From Spirochaetota bacterium (GTDB lineage Bacteria; Spirochaetota; UBA4802; UBA5550), in contig CAXXHB010000002.1 in assembly GCA_963664815.2 (NCBI GenBank), positions 448,001-512,000 on the forward strand: DNA of 64,000 nucleotides. Reading direction: 5' to 3'. Numbering within the stretch: position 1 is the first letter of the stretch; each line of letters opens with the position of its first letter. The position numbers were made by a program, and so were the translations under genes. Shown here piece after piece: positions 22,401-30,159 of the stretch. A model generated the notes under the pieces. That model did no database searches, was not told the DNA's origin, and worked only from the letters and a program-made list of their open reading frames with translations.

Positions 22401-23014
22401 AAGATTCAGATGTAATAAAAGCAAAACTTGAAGAATATAATGTGGATTTAGAAAAGAATGGAATTGAAGATGTAAGATCATTGAAGGGATTCAGCATTAT
22501 AAGTGAAGATGGAAATTTAATCAATGTTTTATCTTCGGGAGAATTGATTATTAAACCATTACAGGCTTTTGAAAATAGACCGGAATTGGCTTATCCTCTT
22601 GAAATGGGAGGTGATACAGAAAATACAACTTATAGTAAGAAAATAATATCATCTTCTAAAAATGGATATATAGATTTAAATATTTCTGGTGGATATATCG
22701 GAGGTATAACTGGTGGTTTAATTTTAAGTAATAATGGTAATCTATATCCATATTTAGGCGTAGGTTTGGTAACACCCGGTATTAGTGGTGCTTTAACTAT
22801 TTCAACCTCAGAAGCAAGTAGCGGATTTAATGTTGGTTTGCAAGCACAGAATGTTGTAGCTGGTCAAATCGGTTATAGTTTCCAAAATAATGGAAGTTCA
22901 TTTGGAGAACTTGGATTTGGAGCACCTGCTGGGGTTTCTGTAACTGGATATTATATATTTAATCCTATTACTAACATTTTAAATAAACCATCTGTTAATT
23001 ATGGTAAAAAATAA
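16493..23014 (+). CDS. Filamentous haemagglutinin/CdiA-like two-partner-secretion exoprotein with C-terminal toxin tip
   Basis: Signal peptide (likely start 16517), TPS domain (GVSHN.F..YNV...G.ILNN, INEV, NPNGI.CNG..FIN), FHA repeats, LGDAFYEQKLV/PIIWYV..VLVPKIY region, AT-rich divergent C-terminus. Confidence 0.9.
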   Translation: MLPGKISVMKRLKEILKQLLVLLLAGEMCTFALPPLYAADITVDTSAANKPTLDTAQNGVTVVNLATANSNGVSHNMFQNYNVGTGGVILNNSVNMGVSVLGGAMYGNPNYQSSGVAASLVINEVTGTGRSSLLGATEMFGKSAEFVLVNPNGIMCNGASFINMPRVTLATGRAVFDSDVFKGIDISGGSLIVEGKGIDAGQVNYFEIVSRVASLNGGIWGKDVSINTGTGFYNYNDKTFTQKDTGEPKPEIGIDASALGSIYAGRITVVSNEKGVGVKSDGDMVADVSDIKISADGNIELKNAQSAKNVTVTSISGDIKQNGNTFAMENAGYSAKNITNRGSIKALKDISLAGLIDNNGGKIASSGNIDIAATGTLDNNGGSITTAGENGTISIHGNGSLDILGGEIKSAGNIGIDMTGNVTLNSGISSIYAEKHLGISSADFTNNINLSMNGAIGINASGNIVNSSGSSIVSKQGVSISSGGNIVNSGIISSASDMAINGKNISNYKEISSGNDLAIHADTILNSGALIFSGNKMTIETGSLKNTRNGLNESYIYSMGDMTITGTAPTGNSIYNYSSNIESEKNMSINLGADGRLENTGEDTYGYTTTLVHVGDYGDECWAVMDQYVLSQSLMHTDYSTIKAGGNLDITSGEVKNHGSVISAGADITINAATLINETNNRNEYVAQLNYMGHKHHWTETICGWGWTEYDEGDDYSEVWEAGYINVVSNDKAIISAGGKVTLTGGAVNNGFVEENKPGVVLSGNTVDKAYEAIANNGAIDLSQNININNDGNALFTVNSAPGSTYLIETRNEFIDVEKLKGSQYLLTRIGFNPEKDVKFLGDAFYEQKLVTESILKATSNRYLDESIKSDQEQMTWLLDNAASAYRDLELAVGVELSKDQINRLQQPIIWYVEDEVMGQKVLVPKIYIPEHIIEGFSKNSSSTIAGNSVNINADGNVGNAGRIEGKSSVEITANGNITNSGGTIKSGGSLTLTAVNGNIINETEVSTAVYNPDYVNTTVGAAASIEAGGKLTVNAGGNFTNRGAEVKSGGDAVIEAGGNINFETIKINNTVYKEADDTSGISTTSESAGSTLASGGNLVLTSGRDINFVGSKADITGNAEITTAGNFNLLNDYDTSSYHGTKKENKTFSSETTTVDMSTKTVVSSGFTTGGNLKVKSGNDINIVGSDIKSGGDAELDAEGTERIIAVHDESYYSRTTEKTGFATGGALYGSEKKSDMVSDKTVSGSAIDIAGQYASKSGKDTDITGSTLNIGGEADITTGGSLNVRAAYNEHAEEHKTEKSGVLTTDGDLYAKSIDAAGNGATTAAGSAITAGKLKASTGGDFLMEGSAINAGIAEFDTTGSFTETSAKETSYEYSIHEKTTMGINMDLFTNPKNAFDYDQGRASVTLAGGSYDSVKERTDRETQSSSKLNVSEDLTVNSGKNITVAGSEINTGGDVTLTAAENVSIKTTEEKTSHTAEETHGSVEFSFGGKNAATDVAYATKALVEAKEAVVKAKNDYEKYRESLKKAEDDHKNNLIDQDDLDSIREQEAFYIANIALCGENVVAKTAALLQSAAGAAGSAEAFGFSGDAQFEIDATKTKSTSESTTAKASTIKTGGSFTVTAGSKAEVKGSSVAAGEDITLDAENVEISAAENRESSSEDKKHANMKVSFGTSGAIGVNASADSTETDSESKTYTNAHLSGNNIKIKSSEDTTVIGGVVKAKNELDLDVNGSLVVQSLQDKSKNSSQTIGASGGVSVTGENVSGNAGVNANFSTGKKSWVTEQTSLTGGTVNVDVEDKTTLRGAVIASTTNNLTLTTGSLEFSNIKDKDVSFNAGGSAGGSFKPTENTYSSSLNYGYTDNRQTNLATIGAGTITITKPETSAEGLNRDVTISQYNTYSGGLKGGVTVDTATVELIKDREKTLYNTVDALESGLTEAEKTAKKVDKEIETTIEKTENLIDVGEFGLNKDSDVIKAKLEEYNVDLEKNGIEDVRSLKGFSIISEDGNLINVLSSGELIIKPLQAFENRPELAYPLEMGGDTENTTYSKKIISSSKNGYIDLNISGGYIGGITGGLILSNNGNLYPYLGVGLVTPGISGALTISTSEASSGFNVGLQAQNVVAGQIGYSFQNNGSSFGELGFGAPAGVSVTGYYIFNPITNILNKPSVNYGKK

Positions 23015-23236
23015 ATGGTTACGAATAATCTATCCTTTATATTAGCATTAATATTTTTTATAATTGTACTTATCTTTAATAAAAAAATAGCAAAAAAAAT
23101 AATATTAGATCAGAATAAAAAAATGGGTTTTAACTTTAGTGAAAGAGAAATAAAAATTACTGAAAAACTTTTAGTAATTATTAGTTTTCTATTTTTAATT
23201 TTTACACTGACAATAAAATTAGGTTTTATTAGATGA
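23015..23236 (+). CDS. Putative cognate immunity protein (two TM helices)
   Basis: Abuts the toxin stop codon; very AT-rich; 73 aa with two hydrophobic segments. Confidence 0.7.
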   Translation: MVTNNLSFILALIFFIIVLIFNKKIAKKIILDQNKKMGFNFSEREIKITEKLLVIISFLFLIFTLTIKLGFIR

Positions 23237-23270
23237 ATTAATAAAATTAAATGTATCATCATACCAGACA

Positions 23271-24383
23271 ATGGATGAGTACGCGAAGAAGGTAGAAAAC
23301 GGGGAACCGGTAAGTGCACAGGAGAAGCTTGATTATTATGAGTTAAAAAAAGCTGTCGGAGAAAAACTGAGTCCTGAAGAGCAGCAGGATGAGAATAAAG
23401 CGATTCAGACAAGAACCAAAGAAGTAGCAAATGATCTGAAGCAGGATATTCTTGATACATATACAAAAGATACTGCGGTTGTAATAAATGCCAAGATAGC
23501 GTTGCTTAAAGAAATTGATCCTGAAGCGGCACATGCAATTGAGGTTAAGTTTGCTAAGGAGAGGGCGGCGAATGAGAAAACAAAAGAGGCTAAGTATCTT
23601 GCCGACTTTAAAGAACTGGACAGATCGAAGACTAATGAATATTTAGAAGGACAAAAAGGTAAGGATTTATCGTATTACGCAGGTGAATTTGGTGAAGGAC
23701 TTTTATCTTCATTACCGACTAAGGATGAAATAAAAGAATCATTAAAAACAGGTGGATTATACCTGATAAATCCTGCACTGGGAAGTGCTTATGAATTTAA
23801 TAAAAGAGTTGAGACTGTAACAGGTTTAGCAGATAATATAAGTGAACAGGGTGCAGGAAACTATTTAGGCAATGTAGCAGAAAATGTAAAAGAGAAGGTA
23901 ACCGAACACCCTGCTGAGGTGGCTGGTTTCATTGCAGGTGAATTGATTGAGAATGCTTTAATAAATAAAGGATTATCAGTTTCCGGTATTACAAGTGCTG
24001 AGAATGTTTTGGGTGTAACAGGGAAAGCGGATGATGTTTCAAAAAAATATTATAGATATATTGACGAAGGTGAAGCTAACGTTATTAGAAATACTGGTGA
24101 AATCCCGAATACTAATAAATATGGTGATCCCAAAGATATATTTATAACTGATCGTCGTTATGAAACTGCTGGTGGTGCAAAAACTTATAATCAATTACCC
24201 TTAAAACCTGAATACAGAATAGAAATAGACCCTGAAAATGTACCTAATAGAACACCTTTTACAAAGATAGAGCCAAATCATCATCCTGAATGGGGAAAAG
24301 GTAGGGGTGTTGAAGCAATAACAAAAGATCCGATACCAGTCAACCCTGATGATTTGGTTAAATTGAAAGGGACAGGAAAATGA
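23271..24383 (+). CDS. Orphan toxin tip 1 (C-terminal domain possibly Ntox10-like)
   Basis: N-terminus shared with orphan 2 (MDEYAKKVENGEPVSA; DILDTYTKDTAVVINAK). Distinct C-terminus YRYI.E.E...I..TG...Y.TA..A....LP..PEYR.EI...G.G.E. Confidence 0.7.
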   Translation: MDEYAKKVENGEPVSAQEKLDYYELKKAVGEKLSPEEQQDENKAIQTRTKEVANDLKQDILDTYTKDTAVVINAKIALLKEIDPEAAHAIEVKFAKERAANEKTKEAKYLADFKELDRSKTNEYLEGQKGKDLSYYAGEFGEGLLSSLPTKDEIKESLKTGGLYLINPALGSAYEFNKRVETVTGLADNISEQGAGNYLGNVAENVKEKVTEHPAEVAGFIAGELIENALINKGLSVSGITSAENVLGVTGKADDVSKKYYRYIDEGEANVIRNTGEIPNTNKYGDPKDIFITDRRYETAGGAKTYNQLPLKPEYRIEIDPENVPNRTPFTKIEPNHHPEWGKGRGVEAITKDPIPVNPDDLVKLKGTGK

Positions 24384-24808
24384 ATAAAAGTTGGCCTGAA
24401 GAAATGCTTTTCGAATATTATAAAAATAAAGAAACGATAAATAATCTATTAGTTCATGTTATTTTATTATCAGAATTAAAAAATGATTTTTCTCTTGGTC
24501 ATTTTTTGACTGATAAAAATGGAAGAATCAAAATAACAAAAGATTTTATGATGAATGAAATAAAAAGAAATGAGTTAGAATTCCCAATGGACTATAAAGG
24601 AACTTTAGAAAATTGCTATGGAATTAAAATAATTATAGAAAATATTGATGATTTGAATGATAGGAAAATTAGAATAGAAAAATATTATCCTAATGATGCA
24701 AAAAAATTTGAAGAATTAATTCTGAAATGTTCAAATGCTAATTATTTAACAAAAGAATTTATTTATAAGTTCCCTTTAGAAAAAAATGAGTTTAAAATAG
24801 AAATGTAA
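24380..24808 (+). CDS. Putative immunity protein for orphan tip 1
   Basis: ATGA overlap with the upstream toxin; AT-rich; soluble. Confidence 0.65.
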   Translation: MNKSWPEEMLFEYYKNKETINNLLVHVILLSELKNDFSLGHFLTDKNGRIKITKDFMMNEIKRNELEFPMDYKGTLENCYGIKIIIENIDDLNDRKIRIEKYYPNDAKKFEELILKCSNANYLTKEFIYKFPLEKNEFKIEM

Positions 24809-24893
24809 TCTATCTTTAGCACGGCGATTATTGCTGAAGCTCTGGGATTCGAAGGTGAGAGTTTAAAAAACGTCACCAACAGTTCAACATGTC

Positions 24894-24994
24894 GCAATAA
24901 TTGAGTAGCTTGACGTCGTCGCCAATGACTGTGTAAAGTTTATTTTAAAACAAGGCGACGATGTGCTAAAGCGAACATCTAGTGAAAATTTCGT
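24894..24994. repeat. attC-like bulged palindrome, copy A (diverged)
   Basis: AATAATTGAGTAGCTTGAC-GTCGTCGCC...GGCGACGATGT-GCTAAAGCGAAC-ATCTAGTG-AAAATT; homologous to copies at 30061, 32219 and 34508. Confidence 0.6.
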
Positions 24995-24996
24995 GT

Positions 24997-25100
24997 TCTA
25001 TAATTCTGAACCAGCTAATTATTGATCTTTGAAAGTAATTTTTTTCTGTTATATACCGGAAAAAAAAGTTTTCGCAGGATTGTGCGCAGGCAGATGTTGA
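24997..25100 (+). repeat. Conserved cassette leader, copy 1
   Basis: TCTATAATTCTGAA...TTATTGATCTTTGAAAGTAATTTTTTTCTGTTATATAC...CAGGATTGT...GCAGATGTTGA; also at about 30192-30295 and 32350-32453. Confidence 0.75.
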
Positions 25101-25287
25101 TACATACAGCGGAGGACTTAAAGGCGGAGTTACGGTAGATACGGCAACAGTAGCACTGATAAAAGACAGGGAAAAGACTATATATGATACAGTGGGTGCA
25201 TTGGAAAGTGGATTAACTGAAGCAGAGAAAACAGCGAAGAAGGTAGATAAGGAAATTGAAACAACAATTGAGAAGACTGAGAACCTG
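25100..25287 (+). repeat. Direct repeat of the cdiA-like internal segment at about 22185-22372 (recombination homology)
   Basis: Near-identical DNA encoding TYSGGLKGGVTVDTATV.LIKDREKT...IETTIEKTENL. Confidence 0.9.
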
Positions 25288-26328
25288 TTAAAATTTGACC
25301 ACTATACAGAAAATAAAAATGTATCATCATACCAGACAATGGATGAGTACGCGAAGAAGGTAGAAAACGGGGAACCGGTAAGTGCATCAGAGACACTTGC
25401 ATATTACGGATCAAAAAACCTTGTCGGAGAAGCACTGAGCCCCGATGAGCAGATGGATATGCTGAATGCTTACAAAACTGTAAAGCAGGAGCTGTCAAAT
25501 AGTCTGTCAAAGGATATTCTTGATACATATACAAAAGATACTGCGGTTGTAATCAATGCCAAGATAGCGCTGCTTAAAGAGATTGACCCTGATGCGGCAC
25601 ATGCAATTAAAGTTAGGTTTGCGGAGGAAAGGGCGGCGATAGCTTATGCTAAGCAGCTGGCGGTAAATTCAGGTTTAAGAGATGCGGAGATACAGCAGGG
25701 AAATGAGATAGCAAATAATGTTGTCAATCTTTCGGGAACAGTTAATACAATGGGGATTGATAATACTGATTCCAATTCTCCTGATGCAAAACTATTACGT
25801 ATAGTTAAAGACAAATTAACTGAAAATTCGATTGAATCGATTGCAAATGCCGGAAATTCTGATAGTACGTTGAAGCAGGCATTCAATTTAGCTTTAGGTG
25901 TAGTGTTTAAGGAAGCAGCAGACAATATACCTGAACATATAAGTGTTGCTGACGTAGGGCTTTCTGAAGCTGCAGGAAATGTTTTTGGAAAGGTAGAAAA
26001 ACAAATTGTTAATGAAACGGAAGATGCTGCTAACCTTGTGGAAAGAAATCTTCCATTTAAAGATTCAGATCGCTTGACTGAAATTAATAAAACTCTTGAT
26101 AGAATTGAGCAAGGAGATAACTTTTGTTATAAAAAAGATGGAACTCTTTTTAGAAATGACAAAAAAAAATTACCAGCTGATGGTGATTATAGAGAATATA
26201 CAGTTAATACACCAGGCGCATCTAATAGAGGAACTCGTAGAATTTTAGTAGATCAAAATAGTGGTAATACATATTATACTGATGACCACTATGAAAATTT
26301 TATACAAATAAATCCAAAGAAAAAATAA
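25192..26328 (+). CDS. Orphan toxin tip 2 with barnase/RNase Sa-family ribonuclease domain
   Basis: DGTLFRN..KKLP...YREYTV.TPG...RG.RRI.......YYT.DHY..F; the frame stays open upstream to 25039 without an ATG. Confidence 0.85.
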   Translation: MGALESGLTEAEKTAKKVDKEIETTIEKTENLLKFDHYTENKNVSSYQTMDEYAKKVENGEPVSASETLAYYGSKNLVGEALSPDEQMDMLNAYKTVKQELSNSLSKDILDTYTKDTAVVINAKIALLKEIDPDAAHAIKVRFAEERAAIAYAKQLAVNSGLRDAEIQQGNEIANNVVNLSGTVNTMGIDNTDSNSPDAKLLRIVKDKLTENSIESIANAGNSDSTLKQAFNLALGVVFKEAADNIPEHISVADVGLSEAAGNVFGKVEKQIVNETEDAANLVERNLPFKDSDRLTEINKTLDRIEQGDNFCYKKDGTLFRNDKKKLPADGDYREYTVNTPGASNRGTRRILVDQNSGNTYYTDDHYENFIQINPKKK

Positions 26329-26330
26329 AA

Positions 26331-26738
26331 ATGATAAATAAATTAGAAAAATATTTGTATGACTGTATTCATTTTACAACTGATAATATAAATAATTATT
26401 TAAAAGAGAATTATAATAATTTTAATATTTTAATAATTGATAATAATTCTATAGAAAATGATAAAGATCTATTTAATTCAATTGCAAATGTAATGAAATT
26501 TCCTGATTATTTTGGGAAAAATTGGGATGCATTGGATGAATGCCTACGAGATCTTGACTGGCTTGAATTAAAAGAGGGATTGATATTAGTTATACTTAAT
26601 TCAAAAAAAATATGGCAAAGATGTCCGATGACAGCTGGTAAATTAATAGAAAGTTGGTTAACTGTTGTAGATTATTGGTCTAAAGAAAAAGTTCCATTTC
26701 ATTTATTTTTTTCTGAAATGGAAATTGATAAATTATAA
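26331..26738 (+). CDS. Barstar-family immunity protein
   Basis: FPDYFGKNWDALDECLRDLDW motif, directly downstream of the RNase tip. Confidence 0.92.
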   Translation: MINKLEKYLYDCIHFTTDNINNYLKENYNNFNILIIDNNSIENDKDLFNSIANVMKFPDYFGKNWDALDECLRDLDWLELKEGLILVILNSKKIWQRCPMTAGKLIESWLTVVDYWSKEKVPFHLFFSEMEIDKL

Positions 26739-26855
26739 TTCAACTAACGAATAACGAAACCATGGAATGTAAATCGATTTTATTTTAAGAATTATAAATT
26801 TCTGATAATGTAGACTTGTAGTTCCTTTCTACGTCACATATCGTGTAAATGAAAA

Positions 26856-26929
26856 AGTTCCTTGAAAACCAACAATATAAAAGCACACCGCGTGAGAGAT
26901 TGCAGCGATATAAAACGGCAATCAATAAA
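26856..26929 (+). repeat. 74-bp direct repeat, copy 1 (copy 2 at 34716-34789)
   Basis: AGTTCCTTGAAAACCAACAATATAA.AGCACACCGCGTGAG.GATTGCAGCGATATAAAACGGCAATCAATAAA, 2 mismatches between copies. Confidence 0.85.
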
Positions 26930-27020
26930 TAGTTAAATGAAAACCCTATGTGCGTAAGCGTCAAATTAACCCCATCTTGAAAAAAGATCAATGATATATT
27001 ACAATACCCTTCATTAAAAA

Positions 27021-27347
27021 ATGGAGGAAGAGATGAGTAAAAGAATTGAATATCAGAAACGCGATATGTCAAGCATGGAGAAACATATAGCCGCCTGGGA
27101 ACAAAGCGGGATATCACAAGTTGAGTATTGCAGAGAGAATAAAATACCTCTGTCAACCTTCGGCAACTGGAAATCAAAAGTAAGTAAAAAATCTCAGAAA
27201 GAAATACCATTTATTGAACTGCAGGGGAATTTTTCATATCAGGATGAATATTTTGAATTACTGCTCGATGATGGCATGACTTTGAGAATCCGTGAAACCA
27301 TCCCTGTATCGCAATTACGAAATATCATTCTTGCCATACGGAGGTAG
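27021..27347 (+). CDS. tnpA: IS66 accessory protein TnpA
   Basis: W.QSG.SQ.EYC....I..STF..W HTH motif. Confidence 0.85.
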   Translation: MEEEMSKRIEYQKRDMSSMEKHIAAWEQSGISQVEYCRENKIPLSTFGNWKSKVSKKSQKEIPFIELQGNFSYQDEYFELLLDDGMTLRIRETIPVSQLRNIILAIRR

Positions 27348-27697
27348 TGATGCTCAGTTTGCAGAGAGAAACGAGAATATTTCTTCATCCCGGCAAAACA
27401 GATTTTCGGAAGTCAATCAATGGTTTATCCGTCTTTGTTCAGGAGCATATGAAGGAAGACCCTTTCAGCGGGAATTACTATGTGTTCTGCAACCGGACAA
27501 AAAATATGCTGAAGATATTATACTGGGACAGGAATGGTTTCTGCCTGTGGCATAAAAGGCTGGAGGAGGATAAATTCCGCTGGCCCCGGATAGCCGAAGA
27601 TGTCCATGAGATTACCCGCGAGGAATTCCGGTGGCTGTTACAGGGGCTTGACTTCTATAATGCTCATAAAATCCGCCGTTATGCAAGCGTGATATAA
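27347..27697 (+). CDS. tnpB: IS66 accessory protein TnpB
   Basis: DFRKSINGL...DPFSG..YVFCNR....KILYWD.NGF.LW.KRLE...F.WP. Confidence 0.95.
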   Translation: MMLSLQRETRIFLHPGKTDFRKSINGLSVFVQEHMKEDPFSGNYYVFCNRTKNMLKILYWDRNGFCLWHKRLEEDKFRWPRIAEDVHEITREEFRWLLQGLDFYNAHKIRRYASVI

Positions 27698-27720
27698 AAA
27701 TTAATTGCAATCATGAGGGC

Positions 27721-29316
27721 ATGTTATATGATGTACTCATGATTGCAATGCCCGACAACCTTCCTGATGATGTAAACGAGCTCAAGAAAATTATTTCAAA
27801 CCTGGCAAATGAATACGAAAAAGAAATTCAATATCTTAAAGAGAAAAATAAATTTTTACTTCAAAAGTTATTCGGCCGTAAAAGCGAGAAGCTGACTCCC
27901 GATGATATTCTACAGGGCCGGTTGTTTGATGAATCAGAATTCAGCTCTGATGAGAATGAAAACGCAGAAGATGATTCACCTGAAAAGCTAACCGTTGTTT
28001 CATCTCATACACGCCGGAAGACAGGAAAGAAACCTCTTCCGGAATCACTCCCTCGTGTTGATGTTGTACATGATATCTCCGAAGAAGAAAAACAGTGTGC
28101 CTGCGGGTGCGAGATGAAACGCATTGGGGAAGAAGTTTCTGAAAAGCTTGATATGATTCCTGCGAAAATCCAGGTGCTTCGTCATATCCGATATAAATAT
28201 GCCTGTAAAAACTGTGAAGGGAGCGAAAGTGATGAAGCTCCGGTAAAGATTGCGCCATTGCCTCCGCAGATTATACCGCAGGGGATTGCAACACCAGGAC
28301 TTGCGGCATGGGTGCTGGTGAGTAAATTCTGCGATGCGCTTCCTTTTTACCGGCAGGAAAAGCTTTTTTCCCGGATTGGTGTTGATATTTCACGAGCGAC
28401 TTTTTGTAACTGGTCCATTATTACACATAGAGGCAGTGAACGGCTGCTCGAACTGATGTGGAGAGATATTCTTGCGTCTCGGCTTGTTGGCATGGATGAG
28501 ACGCCGGTGCAGGTTATGAAAGAGCCAGGCCGCAAAAATACAACAAAGTCATACATGTGGCTGTTCCGGGGTGGAGAAGAAACCCGACCAATTGTGATAT
28601 TCCGGTATGCTCCGACCCGGGGATCGGAATTCATAAACAGTGAATTTGCGGATTACGAAGGTGTCATCCAGACCGACGGCTATCAGGGATACAAAACTCT
28701 GGGTAAAAAAGAAAAAGTAACACATGCTGTATGCTGGGCACATGTCCGGAGAAAATTCATGGAAGCGATGAATGGCACCAGTCAGTCTTTTTCACATTCT
28801 ATAGTATCGATGATAAAAACGCTTTATGATGTAGAAAAAGAAATACGTGAGAATAAATATAACCATGAAGAGATCAGACAGGTGCGCAATGATAAATCAC
28901 GTCCAGTAGTGGAAAAGATAGAACAGCAATTGAAAAAGCATGTTCACAGTATTGCACCGGGAAGTCTTGCCGGTAAGGCAATCTCATACTCATTAAAGCT
29001 GTGGCCCCAGTTGTGTGTATATCTTGACAACCCTATTATTCCCATCGACAATAATCATGTTGAAAATGCAATCCGCCCTTTTGTGGTGGGACGAAAAAAC
29101 TGGCTTTTTTCCGGTAGCCCGCGCGGTGCCCATGCCAGTGCCGGATTATATAGCATAATAGAAACGGCAAAGGCAAATGGTCTTGAGCCATACTGGTATC
29201 TTAGATACCTGTTTGAAAAATTACCTGCCTGTACAAGTGATAATGAAATCCGGTCAATTATGCCGAATAGAATTGATCCTGAAGTTATCAGTAAACTCAG
29301 AGGTGGGGTTAATTAA
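27721..29316 (+). CDS. tnpC: IS66 DDE transposase TnpC
   Basis: LFGRKSEK, zinc finger, DETP, TDGY, CWAHVRRKF, IDNN..EN.IRP..VGRKNWLF. Confidence 0.95.
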   Translation: MLYDVLMIAMPDNLPDDVNELKKIISNLANEYEKEIQYLKEKNKFLLQKLFGRKSEKLTPDDILQGRLFDESEFSSDENENAEDDSPEKLTVVSSHTRRKTGKKPLPESLPRVDVVHDISEEEKQCACGCEMKRIGEEVSEKLDMIPAKIQVLRHIRYKYACKNCEGSESDEAPVKIAPLPPQIIPQGIATPGLAAWVLVSKFCDALPFYRQEKLFSRIGVDISRATFCNWSIITHRGSERLLELMWRDILASRLVGMDETPVQVMKEPGRKNTTKSYMWLFRGGEETRPIVIFRYAPTRGSEFINSEFADYEGVIQTDGYQGYKTLGKKEKVTHAVCWAHVRRKFMEAMNGTSQSFSHSIVSMIKTLYDVEKEIRENKYNHEEIRQVRNDKSRPVVEKIEQQLKKHVHSIAPGSLAGKAISYSLKLWPQLCVYLDNPIIPIDNNHVENAIRPFVVGRKNWLFSGSPRGAHASAGLYSIIETAKANGLEPYWYLRYLFEKLPACTSDNEIRSIMPNRIDPEVISKLRGGVN

Positions 29317-29399
29317 GCACATACCTATGTGCCAAGATAGTTGTCGCATGGAACATTGATTGGTAGTAAGAAAGAAGCTGCAAAAGTGGAGAACAAATT

Positions 29400-29996
29400 A
29401 TGAAATGGATTAAATTATTATATGCTATGTCGTTATCTCTTCTTTTGTTTTCAGGTTGTACATGTATTTACCCAGTTTTAGATTATGTTGACGAGAATAA
29501 TAAAAGTTATATTGAATTGTTTAATGAAGATGGTTGTAAAATTGAAATGAAATATTTGGGAACATATCCCACTTATCCTGATATTCACGGGAATCCTGTC
29601 ACTGAAGAAATAATTTCGCATGAACAAACATACATTTTTATTGATAGTTCCAATCGAAATGTAGATGGATATACAAGCAGCATTGAAAAATGTCATATTG
29701 AATTGAAAGATGAAGATAATAAAATTATATCTTTTAAAAGCATTGAATTAAAATCCTACTTAAAGAACTTTAATCATTATGATAAAGAAGAAAGTATATC
29801 AAAATTTAAACTAGATAGGGGTCTTTATGAAATTATATATTTATATAATGATACAAGTAATATAGAAAGTGCCAAATTTTATATCAAACTTCGTTTAATA
29901 ATTAAAGGCAAGATACATATAATAGAAAAATCAGCATTTTTGAAAAGAAAAGAGGGGAAAGTCTTTTTTACACCGTTTTGTAAAATAAAGTTTTGA
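29400..29996 (+). CDS. Orphan immunity-like lipoprotein
   Basis: Lipobox LLFSGC; paralogous to 31491-32168; followed by attC-like copy B. Confidence 0.7.
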   Translation: MKWIKLLYAMSLSLLLFSGCTCIYPVLDYVDENNKSYIELFNEDGCKIEMKYLGTYPTYPDIHGNPVTEEIISHEQTYIFIDSSNRNVDGYTSSIEKCHIELKDEDNKIISFKSIELKSYLKNFNHYDKEESISKFKLDRGLYEIIYLYNDTSNIESAKFYIKLRLIIKGKIHIIEKSAFLKRKEGKVFFTPFCKIKF

Positions 29997-30060
29997 TTGA
30001 GGTGTCGTGTCTTCTCCATAGGTAGAAGTAAAAACACCACACAACCAAGTTCCGCATATA

Positions 30061-30159
30061 GCATAATTGAGTAGCTAGACCGACATCGCCGGGGCTGGAT
30101 TAAGTTTCTGATACATGAGTCCGGCGATGTGCGTAGCGAACGTCTAGCGACAATTATGT
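30061..30159. repeat. attC-like bulged palindrome, copy B
   Basis: CATAATTG/CAATTATG, GCTAGAC/GTCTAGC and ACATCGCCGG/CCGGCGATGT complementary arms with internal bulges. Confidence 0.75.

Larger units (their letters stand above)
26954..29324 (+). mobile_element. Complete IS66-family insertion sequence
   Basis: IRL GTAAGCGTCAAATTAACCCCATCT; IRR (reverse complement) GTATGTGCTTAATTAACCCCACCT; perfect 8-bp target duplication CTATGTGC at 26946-26953 and 29325-29332; tnpA-tnpB-tnpC inside. Confidence 0.95.

Noticed and set aside
16515-22524. Long antisense ORFs within the exoprotein gene (e.g. 21151-22029)
   Set aside because: Shadow frames caused by the biased codon usage of the real gene.
25022-25056. 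T7 tract in the cassette leader; T8 would put an upstream TTG in frame with the orphan toxin (phase variation)
   Set aside because: All three copies have T7, there is no RBS, and T7 is common in AT-rich DNA.
26738-26850. ACTAAC/ATAAC after barstar as a fifth attC-like site
   Set aside because: No complementary arm or similarity to the four palindromes could be found.
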